DNA of 64,000 bases, from positions 15,996,001 through 16,060,000 of the forward strand of contig OZ038378.1 in assembly GCA_964036045.1 (NCBI GenBank), given 5' to 3'. The notes beneath the pieces were generated by a model. It was not told the origin of the DNA, did no database searches, and worked only from the letters and a program-made list of their open reading frames with translations. A program made the position numbers and the translations under genes. Positions within the stretch are counted from its first letter, which is position 1; every line of letters starts with the position of its first letter. Source of the stretch: Eutreptiella sp. 'Long Island Sound 2002' (lineage: Eukaryota; Protista; Euglenida). Shown piece after piece: positions 51,736 through 62,042 of the stretch.

Positions 51736-52942
51736 GGTGCAGCCCCCGCCCTTGTGGAGTACGTAGGCACCTTGTAGAGGGAGGGGGGGGGGGTGTTTGC
51801 TAATGGCTCGCTCGGCGTGCGCCGCATTTGGTGGTTGCTGCAGTGCTCGCACCTCATGGTTCCCTTGTGTCTTGTTGTGTGTCTTGTTGGGGCTCGTCTC
51901 ACTACCGTGTGTGGGGCGGCCCTGTGCCCAGTTGCTTTGCTGCTTACGTTCCTCCCAATTTCGGGCTCTTTCTTTTTCTGCTGGCACGCTGCCGGTGTGC
52001 GGCGCCGGGGGGGGGGGGGGGGGCAGCATGTCGCTCCCTGCCTCACATTGTTGGGTTGTCCCACTTGCAGTTGGGTGGTACCAGGGGCACCGGGCACTTT
52101 TGCACACGTCTCCAAATCTACAAACTGACCTGTCACTGGTGTTTGTTGGGGTTGTTCTGGGCCGAATGTAATGCGTTGTTGCTCTTTTGCTTTCTGGGCT
52201 GCTGAGGGGCTCCCCGTTTGAGGACTTCACTCCGGGCTGTCCACGCCTCGGAGCTAGGGGCTCATGTGAGTCCACCCCCTGGTTGGTCGTGTGCAGTGAC
52301 CACCAATGGTTTGGACGCTGTGTCTCATAAGCGTGCCCAAGGCCCCTGCACTAGGCCCTGGTGACAGAACTTAGCTACTCGCAGGCAGTACATGTCTTAG
52401 GTCGCTGCCCAATGGACAACTGCGTACCCGGCTGCCAACCCCCCGCAGGGGCGACCCCCTTACTTAGGTTTGGGTTGCCTTCTCCTCCCGGTGTGGTCGG
52501 GATGGCCCCGCCCTCTGTTCCGGGCAGTCAGGGGCGGGGCTTGCGTTCGGACTGCGGGGATAACGGGGGGCAGGGGTCCAGAAGCTGAGTGCCACCCACC
52601 CATGCACACACCCACACCCAATCTTGACCTACATGTGGATTCAGAAGAATCCAGTTTTTGAACCTCCTCTCATGGGGCCCACCCTTCCAGACCCCCAACC
52701 CCACTCCAGTGCAAAACATAGCTCTTCTACCCGCGGCCCGCTGGCTTTGCAGGGCTCCACAGGTCCAAACCATGCAGACCAGATTTCGACGGTATGCCAT
52801 GCATCACCAGATCCCAGGATGGGCTGAACACCACATCACACTGTCTCGGCCCGCAAGCGGTAGTACCGGTAATTGTTCGTGCAATGCACACAACGGGTGG
52901 ACGACATGGGACTGGCAAATGGGGGGCAAGACGGAGGGGCAC

Positions 52943-53587
52943 CTCCTGCGCGAACGCTGTAGCATTCGTCCTCAAGGGGTATGAGAGGCGGCGCGACTCC
53001 AAATGCTTCTGCCACAACTCAAAGAAGCAAAAGCCGTCTTGCTCCCGCGTCTTGGGAAGGCGACGCATCGCGATGCAGAAGCGGATGCCAAACAACTGGG
53101 CCTGCGGGTCCGACAGGTCGAACGCCTCGTCCGCAGCGGAGACCGCGATAGGCAACTCGCTGACGCCGTTCCTCAGCCAGACCTTGCGCGGCTCTATTTT
53201 GAGACTCTCGGTAAGGCCCATGAACACCTCGAGCTCCATTTTGTTCGCGACCAGCCATGCAACCTTCGAATCCATTTCGCATTTGTTGCTGCCCCAGCAC
53301 TCGCCGCATTCGTCCACAACGCACTTGCGGCAGTTCCCAGCGTCATCGCAGTGGTAGCCCTTTGAACATCTGCACTCCTCGCAAAAGGGCCCGCCCCATG
53401 CGCCCTTACATCTGCAGTTGTTGCCCTCGCACCAGCCATTGTTGTGGCACTTGCACTTCTCGCAATACTTGCCCTCGTACACGGTGTAGTTCTCGTAGCA
53501 GTAGCACCGCTTGTCGCGGCCATTCATTTCGGGGCCCAGGCCGAATGAGCGTGCGGTGCAGTCCACGTGGTCATATGTGTTGTTCAG
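52943..53587 (-). CDS. Dispatched/Patched-like exon (EGF-like repeats, CxxC repeat, luminal loop)
   Basis: LNNTYDHVDC...CYCYENYTVYEGKYCEKCKCHNNGWCEGNNCRCKGAWGGPFCE...; AG at 53588-53589, GT donor at 52942, 645 nt. Confidence 0.88.
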
Positions 53588-56500
53588 CTGTAGAGGCCAG
53601 GCGTGAGGGGTGAACACTGCAACAGCCGGCAAGGGTGCTGTGGTCCCAAGGGTGAGGAGTCCCTACATCCACATCCTTCTACACCCTTGCCCAGGGTTTC
53701 TTTGGAAGAGAGGAGGGGGGGACAGGGTTTGGTCAGGAAAGAGGATGAGGGGGTTCCGTGGGGGCTGCCAGGTCACCATCCAGTACGTCCAATTTCCTTT
53801 GTATGACCTGCCCGTTGCTTGCGGTCAGGTCAGGTTTGTGCCTTACTCCTCAAGGGGCCTCCGCCCCACAGTGCCGCAGCCTTCTTCTGGGGGATGGGGG
53901 GAAGACGCCCTTCCTGCCATCTACTGCGCCTACCTGCGCATCCCCGCTGAGGCCTGAGCCTGCCTGCCGCAGGTTGAGGTCGGCGGGGCACCCCACCCCA
54001 CCCGGGTGGCTCCATCTGGCGTGTGAGAACCCTGGTCACTCCACTGAAATGAGCGAAAAAGTGTCGCTCAGAGAGTTGGGGGGGGGGGGTCTTGCCCTGT
54101 GCTCCTTGCCCTCCCCAGAGACGCACCTGGGGCATCCCCTCCCACCAATCCCAACTATGGGTCCGCCTCTCCCGGGTGCTGGGCTGACAAGGGGTGCATA
54201 ACAGACGCAAAGAAGGGACACTGTGCAGGCTGCCTCATCCTGCTGGAGGCTGACCCATCTATGCTGTTGCTTCAGGCCAACATGTCATGCAGGCGACCTA
54301 ATGTGCGGAGGTCAGAAAGCTGTGTATTGGTGTGGTGTCCAGGGGGCAACAAGGCAGCCGGGGTGGAAGCTGTGAAACATTGTGCCGCACAGCCCCCGTG
54401 CAGCCCCCACGGAACACCCCCTCTTCCCGTGCCAGTTGAACCTTGCATTAATTGCCTTGGGCGTCACTAAGGATGGGGAGGGGTTGTGCAAACAGCACCC
54501 CATGTTGAGGGTCTGTGAGGATCAAAGTCCCAGAGTGCGCAAAGCACAGGGGGTTGAGACACTGCTGCTCGTGCCACAATGCGGGGCATGAGGCATGCAT
54601 CACAGCGCAATCCCAGAGCGAGAGCCTATTTGGGTATTTGCTTTGTCATGCATCCGTGGCATGTGGGGAACTACCTCCCCCCTTGGGCGGGCAGTGAAAA
54701 GACGGTGGCTTCATGCCCGCACACAGGGCATGCGCGAGCCTTAGAAGACCCAACGTGACCCTAAGAGCCGGGTCCTTTTGTCGTGTTGCAATACACAAAA
54801 GGGGTGGGGTGTGTGCTAGAGCAGCCCTAACCCACTAACCAACCTCCACCTCTTTTGCAATAGTGTCCCACACCCTAATAGATCCGTGCCCTCCTTGATA
54901 CGATTCACTAATCCTTTCCGTGACATCCTCCCTTGCGCAATAGTGCCTAGAACTGTAAAAGCCATCTGCCCTCCTTAATACAGTTCTATGAGGTGTCTTC
55001 TTTGTGTGTTCATGTCGTGACATGGTTACCCGCCTCTTCTTTTGCGCTTGTGGTATGCTGAGCAGCTCACCACATCTCATTGTTGCCAAAAGCGTCAAAC
55101 AGCATCAAGAGAAGCCCCCGCAAGAGCCGAACCTGTAGCGTGCGCTCAATGGCTTGATGCCTTGAACCATGGGGATGGATGATATGCATCAGCACGTCAT
55201 AGTCACTGTGTGGGTGCTACCGTCTGTTAACAAGGAGCCGCGGCCGGGGTGGCCCAAGGCCTATGCTATTGTGAGGTACAGTGGTCCCTAGCATGTGCGA
55301 TTACCGCCAGCTCGGCTTGGGAGTGCACTTTGACACACACGCGGGGCCACGATTGAAGGCATGCATCACGTAGCCATGCCATGCTACAGTAGGTCAGGTG
55401 CCTACCAGCATTCCAATTGCGGTCCCAGGCCATTGGCAGGATGGTGCTAGTGAAAGTGCTGTGGGCAGTCCAGCTAGCCGACATTGGCAGCGGACACCCG
55501 AATAAGTTGGATTTGGGTGGGGCAATATTGCTATGGGGGCCTATTCGCACCTCCTACAATCACAAGGTGTTGTGGTCTACACTAAAACCGGGGCACCAGG
55601 TCCCTAACTTAGCAGGTACTATACCAACAGTTGTTGTGGCTTGCGAATGCTACGCAGAGGCTAGGTAGTGTGCAAATGATAGTGTGGGCAATCCTAGAGA
55701 GCCGCCCCCACCCGTGAGCAACGTGGCCAATGGAATGTGTGCTGCGCGCTGCCATCAATGGGCTAGGCGACCTTGGACGGGCGTTGAAGCTAGCATCTAC
55801 TAGAACAGGCTGCCCCACTCCACCTGGTGTAGGATTCATGGCACATGTTGTGCCACTTGGTGCACGAGTGCCATAGATGCTTGGCACTGCAAGCCCTAGA
55901 GCAACAGTGGGGAGTGGGTGAGGGGGATGCATCGCTAGGTGGTGTGCCATGCTCTCTTAGTGGTAGGCTCAGAAAAGAAGCGCAAGTTGTTGAACACATT
56001 GCTCATGGAGGCAACATTGATATCGGCGCGGGGCCTAGAGCACTGAGTCCGGCAAGACACGCGTAGTGCCTGTACTGCGGGGCACCATCGGAAACCAAGG
56101 AGCACGTCTTGCAGGAGTGCCCGGTGTGGCGGGTGGGCTAACCCCCTGGCCAGCCTTTTGGAGGAGCATCGAGGACTATAAAAGACACTTACCCTCGTTA
56201 ATAGTACATGGGAGGGCTGGTAGCGCACAGGGCGGACCGCAGCCCCCCGGGCACTGCGAGGTGGCTTAAGACGGCGTCCGGGCGGTGTAGCGTGAGCTGA
56301 CCGCCAAGGGGGCCATTGTCGTGGCCGCCCTCTGGAGGTGGTACCCGCGGAGCACTGCTTTTTGCATGCGCACCAACAACTACAACAAGGACTGCCCCTA
56401 CTCCTAGTCTAGATGGTTGTTGCCCCTCCAGGCGAGGAGACGTGGGCCCCGCTGCTGCCCCCCCCCCCCCCCAGCAAGCCCATGCCCCACAACGACCCTC

Positions 56501-57919
56501 TTGCCACAGCCTAGCATGTCCACCCCCCTAGCGCCTGGTGTGGCCCCCTAGATTGTAGGTAGAGGTGCAGCCCCTGCCACCATTGGTGGTGACGGCAGCC
56601 ACGCCGCCGTGTATACGGTTTAATTGCTCTTGCCACTTGCTTTAGCCCTAGTAGGCAAGGAACACTGGGTGCATACGCTCCTCTACCACCTGTAAGGTAT
56701 GGTATGTATTTGGCAACGCTCGTGCTGCATATGGCTATCAAGGAGGTGGGACCGCATAGAGGAAAAGGTGGCGGCAACGGTGTTCGGGCTGGTGCATGCC
56801 ACAGCACCATACACACAGGGGGCGGACCTATGGAGATGGCTAGGCACTAGTCAATGTTGCCCCCCGCTGGAGCAGGCACCGCTGGATATGCCGCCACGGG
56901 TGGTGCCGCACTGGCCGTGGAAAGCGCATTCTAGCGACCCTAGGCCTCCACCACTGCCAACAGCCGCACCAACCAGTCAGGCGGCCGCAGCACATCAGCA
57001 AGGCCCACAAGGCCTGAAGGGACTAGCCATCTAGCCCTAGCTTCATCGGGGCCATGGCCTAAAGGCGTTAGACCAACTGGGTTCCCAGGGTGCAATATCT
57101 GCCCCACTCTTCAACTTCTTTGCATCCTTCTGCCTTCACAACATTTCACTCTCCTGCCAACATTGAGACATTTCAGATTGAGTTACTCCAACTCTGAATT
57201 TTGGAGGGTGCTCCGCACCACTAGTGTGGGAAAATCAGGGCCAGGAGGAGGGGGGGAGGGGGGCAAAAAGGCTCAGTAAGAATGCAAAGGAAGATGGGGG
57301 TGGGGGTGGGCAAAAGGATCCTCCCCAAGAGAAGGAGTCTATGCACCTGAAAGGCAGCACTACAAAACAGGGATACCTTGCCTGCTCAAAAGCCTATCCA
57401 TGCGACCAATTCGTGCCAACACATAATTGTGGTCTTTTTGGCACGCATATGAGGCGAGATGTCTGGTAGTGGCATAATGCACAACAATTCAGGGATTTGA
57501 TATAGAATGCCATGTCGGGAGGTAGCAAGGACACAAGGGTGAGGGGCAGGGGCGACGGGTGTAGCAAGTGGAATGCGCTCGTGCAACGGGCACCAGTTGA
57601 GTGGTGGCAGAGGGGCTGCGTGCGTGGCGGATGGCCGAGTGGATGGCGAGTGGCCAAGCGCGTCGCAGTGGGTGGACGCGTGGCCCAGTGAATGACGGAA
57701 TGACTGATCGCGATCGATGGCCCGGTGATGAGGGTACAGGCCAACCACACCAAGTATTGGCGGCGGCAGCCGTCAACTGCGTATTGCAGTCATTCGACCA
57801 CCAACCGCCGGTGGTTACGTACCAACCGACGGCGGGTAACCAACCGCTGTGGGTTGCCCACCAGCTGCCAACACTCCAGGCTATGGGGCAAGCGCTCGCA
57901 AAGGGGACGGCGTCAGCAC

Positions 57920-58615
57920 CTGCATCAGCGTCAGTTGCTGCATCTCCGGCGCTTCCGCCCCGAACCCCACAATGCCCGTGCACTTGCATCGCTGCCCCTC
58001 CCGCGCGCACAGCCGCCTCTGGTGGCTCTCGGAGGCGGCGGAGATGGTGGGGCAGTTGCAGACGTGGCGCCCGCCACTCGCGTTGCACGTGCCTCCGTGC
58101 ATGCACTTGCACGTCTCACAATAATCCCCCTCATATATGTCGAAGCACTGGCACCCCTGCCCCGCTTCCTCAGGGTCCACGCCGTGCATGTTGCATGTCG
58201 GGGACGGGCCCCAAGGGCAGGGCCCCTGGCGCGGCGACCCAGCCGGGACGCAGTTGAGGCAGGTGTCCAACTCATACCCCGCGGGGTATCTCTGCTCCGC
58301 GCATTTGTCCTTACAGATCTCGGAGGTGTCATTACGATCTGTGCAGGTCCCGCACCTGTTCCACTGCTTCCCTGAATCGCGCTTCCCGTCGCAGCCGAAG
58401 CACTCGTTCCCGCCATTGCACACCGAGCACATGTCCTTGCGCCCATGCATTTGCCAGTGCCCATGGCCGTCTTGGCACCCTTCCTTGAAGACGTCCGTGG
58501 GTTGGAAGTAGGGTCCGCACATGTCACACGGCTGCTCGCCACCAAAGAAGTGGTTGGACCAGGATTTGTACGTCTCGTACAAAGAGTTGTCCGTCAGCAG
58601 CTGCACCTCATCGCC
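57920..58615 (-). CDS. Dispatched/Patched-like exon (Cys-rich and EGF-like modules)
   Basis: GDEVQLLTDNSLYETY...DMCSVCNGGNECFGCDGKRDSGKQWNRCGTC...CQCFDIYEGDYCETCKCMHGGTC; 696 nt, phase 0. Confidence 0.88.
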
Positions 58616-59187
58616 CTGACGTGTCGTTAAAGGGTTGCGGATGATTGCACGTGGGGCTTCAGAAGAGGGTGCGCACACAGGGGCGCAGCGGGTTCCGGAG
58701 GGTTGTGGAGAGTTCTGGCGGTACAACCGCGGATCAATAGTGCGTCCATCGAGGAGGGTCGTCCGAACGACCTTTGTGCAGCCCCCCGAGCCGTCTGCAA
58801 TGCTTCACAGCAAGAGGGGGGGGGGGGGGGTGACTGTCATGCACTGGTGGGCGGCGTCTTGGAGTTGTTGCAGTTGCCACGTAGGTCAAGCATGGGAAGT
58901 TGCAACAAAGGCTGACCAGTATCCGTTTTCAGTTCACATCAGACAGGTCATTGGTGTCTGTTTGGGTCGCTGAGTTCCGTTAAGAATGAGCCCTACAACT
59001 ACTTTGAAGACTACTCTACTCTGCAGACTTTTATGCTTTGTGGGGACCTGTAGATGCACCCAGAGGGGTGCATAGGGTTGATAGGGGAAAAAGACAGGTG
59101 TGGAGGTTCGTTGAGGGCTGCAGAGGGTGGTGCATTGTAGAGGGTCGATGAAAGCTGTGCAAAACTGTATCAGGCAGCGGGGTGTAC

Positions 59188-59481
59188 CTCGGCCGCAAGG
59201 TGTCTTGGGGCATAGACGCAGACAAGGATGAAACACGTCATGAACAGTGCAACGATGAAGAATCGGAGAAAGTGGACCGCAGGTGCCAGGCGATTGAAGA
59301 ATATGCGCTCCATCATGGAGTAGCCCTCGCGCTTCATTGGACCTGACAAGACGCGGGTTCTCTTCTCTTCCTGCGTCTCTGTTTTGCCATTCGCCCCGAA
59401 CTGGTAGAACCGCCAGAACGAGTGCGATTTCAGCCGCCGCTCGATCTTCTCGGACAGCGTCGTAGGCTCCGGAAGCTTCAT
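59188..59481 (-). CDS. Dispatched/Patched-like exon (cytosolic loop and TM7)
   Basis: MKLPEPTT...ERIFFNRLAPAVHFLRFFIVALFMTCFILVCVYAP; AG at 59482-59483, GTACAC donor at 59187. Confidence 0.85.
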
Positions 59482-59589
59482 CTGGTTGAAGGATGGGGTG
59501 GTTAGAAGGCAGAGCGGGGGACAAGGGATATGCCTTGGATTGCCCTATTCAAGGAAGAGCATGCTGGCTCTGTCTCCTCCCCCTCCCCC

Positions 59590-59725
59590 TCCTCCTCCTG
59601 CTGCTGCTTGTGTGTGTGGTGTGTGTGCGCGCGTGCATACACGCACACGCACATGGCATGTGTGCTTGCATGCGTGTGCATATACGTTTGCCTGTGTGTT
59701 TGCATGTGTGCATACTTGTGTGTGC
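59590..59725 (+). repeat. Degenerate (TG)n/(CA)n tract
   Basis: Directly visible TG-rich low-complexity run. Confidence 0.8.
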
Positions 59726-60043
59726 AACGCCCAATATAATGGAAACCAATTCATAGTGTTTGTTAACCCTAGTGACCTAGATTAAAGTCAATATGTTAAT
59801 TTTTAATTTTTAATATATGAAGGCGTTAATATATTAATCTCGCAAATATTAAGAGGTTAAAGTCAAATTTTTGCGATCGGGCCATTTGTAACCATTTTTC
59901 CATGCATATATGCGGACCTACAAGGGGTGTTACGTGGTATATTGTTGCACAACGGTATAGTAGAGAGGTTCCAATGTTGTGTTGGTGGGTGTCTTGGACA
60001 CCCCCCCTCCGGTTGCCCGCATTCCCCCCCACTCCACACCACC

Positions 60044-60790
60044 ATGTTCCCTTGTATAGCCCTTGTTATGCCTTTCTCTCGGGACACCCTTACCGAGCTT
60101 AACATGACGCTCGTGCGTTTGAGCGGGGCCAAGAGTTTGCGGGACCCTTTGGTCTCCCAACTCCTTGGTGAGTGGGTGGCCTCATCCCCTTTGGCCCGGG
60201 CCCGATGGTCCGATGCCATGGAGTTTGGGTACCCCTCCCTTATTCGTGCTAAGCAAGTGGAGGCGGTGAAGCAATATGCCTCCCACCTTTTCCCGGCCCC
60301 GGACCTCATCGGCCTCCTCATGGACTTGAACGTCCCCAAACTCGGCTTCCGGCACGTGTCGGAGTACATGAGCCGCCGGGGGTCGGCCTACTCGGCCGCA
60401 ACGGGCCTCCCGTTCCCTCGCCCCATCCCCACTCGGGATACGTTCATGGACACGTGGAAGGAGTTGGTCACCCCCCTTGACCTACGACCACCCGTGTCCG
60501 TCCCCGATCCCCCCGCGAGTGGGCGCTCTTGGCCGCTACCCTCATGGGCCCGGTACGTCCAATCACGCCCATCGCTAGTGGAGACCATCGATTGGACAAG
60601 GCCCCTCACCTTCATTGTGCGTGGGGATGCGTACCCGTGCGCCGGTGGTAGTTGGACCCAACTCTCCATTGGGCTCCTCAACCACGGCGCACGGGGCCGC
60701 ACACCCGCGTACTTGTGGGTGATAGGGATGGCCCTATGCGGGGACAAGGACATGGCGGCACTTGCAACGATATGGGCCGACAACTTGAAG
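60044..60790 (+). CDS. Transposase exon 1 (first catalytic D in FIVRGDAYP, 60626-60628)
   Basis: Open frame 59927-60817; in-frame ATGs at 60044 and 60068; AAG|GTTTGT donor at 60791. Confidence 0.75.
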
Positions 60791-60949
60791 GTTTGTGGCC
60801 CATTCGTTGTTTGTTAATTTTTGCGTTTTTTGCGTTAATTTCTCGAGATTAATATCTTGTTTTCGGTTAATATTAACGCCGACTGAAAAATTAACTTAAT
60901 ATTAATCTCGAGAAATTAATGTAAATATTAATCCATGTCCTTTTTGTAG

Positions 60950-62042
60950 GTATTGCAGTCCATACAAGACTGCGAGAAGTTTCATTGGGTGTCGTGGTGG
61001 GTGCCAAGCAGGTTGGTCATCGGGGGAGACCAACCGTTCGTGCGGCGCCTTATCGGTGTGTCCACCTCGCCCTTGGTGGGCTCAATTTACAATATGGGGG
61101 TGTGGGACAAGGTTGCGGCGGCATGGGTCAACGTGGCGACCCGGCGCACCTTGGACCGTGAGGAGGCGGCCCGCCGCCGCTACAAGGAGACCGGCCGTAG
61201 CTTGGAGAATGGGGGATGCATAGGGGATCCACACATTGTGGTTGACCGGTGCATGGTTTTCCTATGCATCCTCCATTGTTGCATGGCCATTGGCCGGCTC
61301 CAAGTGGCGTTCATCGAGACACGCCTTGCGGACCTCCCCAAGGAGAACACCGACGCCGTGCAACGGGTCCTCTACCGGGCCCGCACGGGTGTGAAGTTGG
61401 GTGCGACGGGGGCACCCGACGGGGAGGAGGCCCGTGCGTTGTTCCTCGCGTGGGAGGAACTTGGTCCGTTGTTGGACTACGTCCCGGAGGATGGTGAATG
61501 GCAAGCCGTCGTGGCCATGCGTGACCTCCTCCGGGAATTGTACACGGACAAGCCTCCCCGCGGGGACCTACGTGCGGCCGAGGTGGCACGCGCCTACCGT
61601 GCACATTGTTGCAAGGAGGCGTGCAATCAAACTACCTCCTCTATTTGGAGGAGGATGTCACCGAGGCCGTGGCCAATGCACGCCGCTTGGGGGTTGGGTT
61701 GGGTGCCGTGTGCGCGGATGTCGTTGAGAGCCTCAACGCCATCCTTAAGCGCGCATACAATGACCACTCGGGGGGGGATGCCGGGGGCAACCCAAGTAGA
61801 GCGGGAGGGGGAGGTAGTTTCCCAAGTGTGGGAGTGGTGGTTTTTAAAATTTGACCTTCCGCTACGCAATTACGGGACCCCCCATACCGCCCCATGCACC
61901 ATGGCCAAACTCATGGCCACCCATAGCCCCCTGCCCTCCACCCTTGCTTCCCCACCACTAGCTTTGTTTTCTCCTTGCCATGGACGCCTCGGCCATGCAA
62001 AAGATGTTGGCCGACATGCTCAAAGCGAACAACGAAGCCCTG
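60950..62042 (+). pseudogene. Transposase exon 2 (VIGGDQPF, LCILHCCMAIG, GLGAVCADVVESLNAILKR); frameshifts near 61627 and 61771
   Basis: TAG acceptor at 60947-60949 joins in frame to exon 1; second D at 61028-61030 and E at 61726-61728; two apparent single-base frameshifts. Confidence 0.75.

Larger units (their letters stand above)
49541..52275 (-). mobile_element. Repeat family A, copy 2: gag/ORF1-like frame with CCCH zinc finger, split by a hAT insertion
   Basis: Matches 1687-2812; an upstream extension encodes CRFGDVCKSARCPWYH (52075-52122); interrupted at 50438-51735. Confidence 0.75.
45455..59481 (-). other. Gene span (3' part): Dispatched/Patched-family RND membrane protein with EGF/Cys-rich luminal loop
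   Basis: Five phase-0 GT-AG exons join into an uninterrupted 860-aa C-terminal portion: TM7, a large luminal loop, a TM8-12 sterol-sensing-like repeat and the terminal PxVLSxxGP motif. The 5' exons lie beyond 59481. Confidence 0.88.

Noticed and set aside
54800-57100. Possible non-LTR retroelement remnant
   Set aside because: Coding-like composition but no diagnostic motif.
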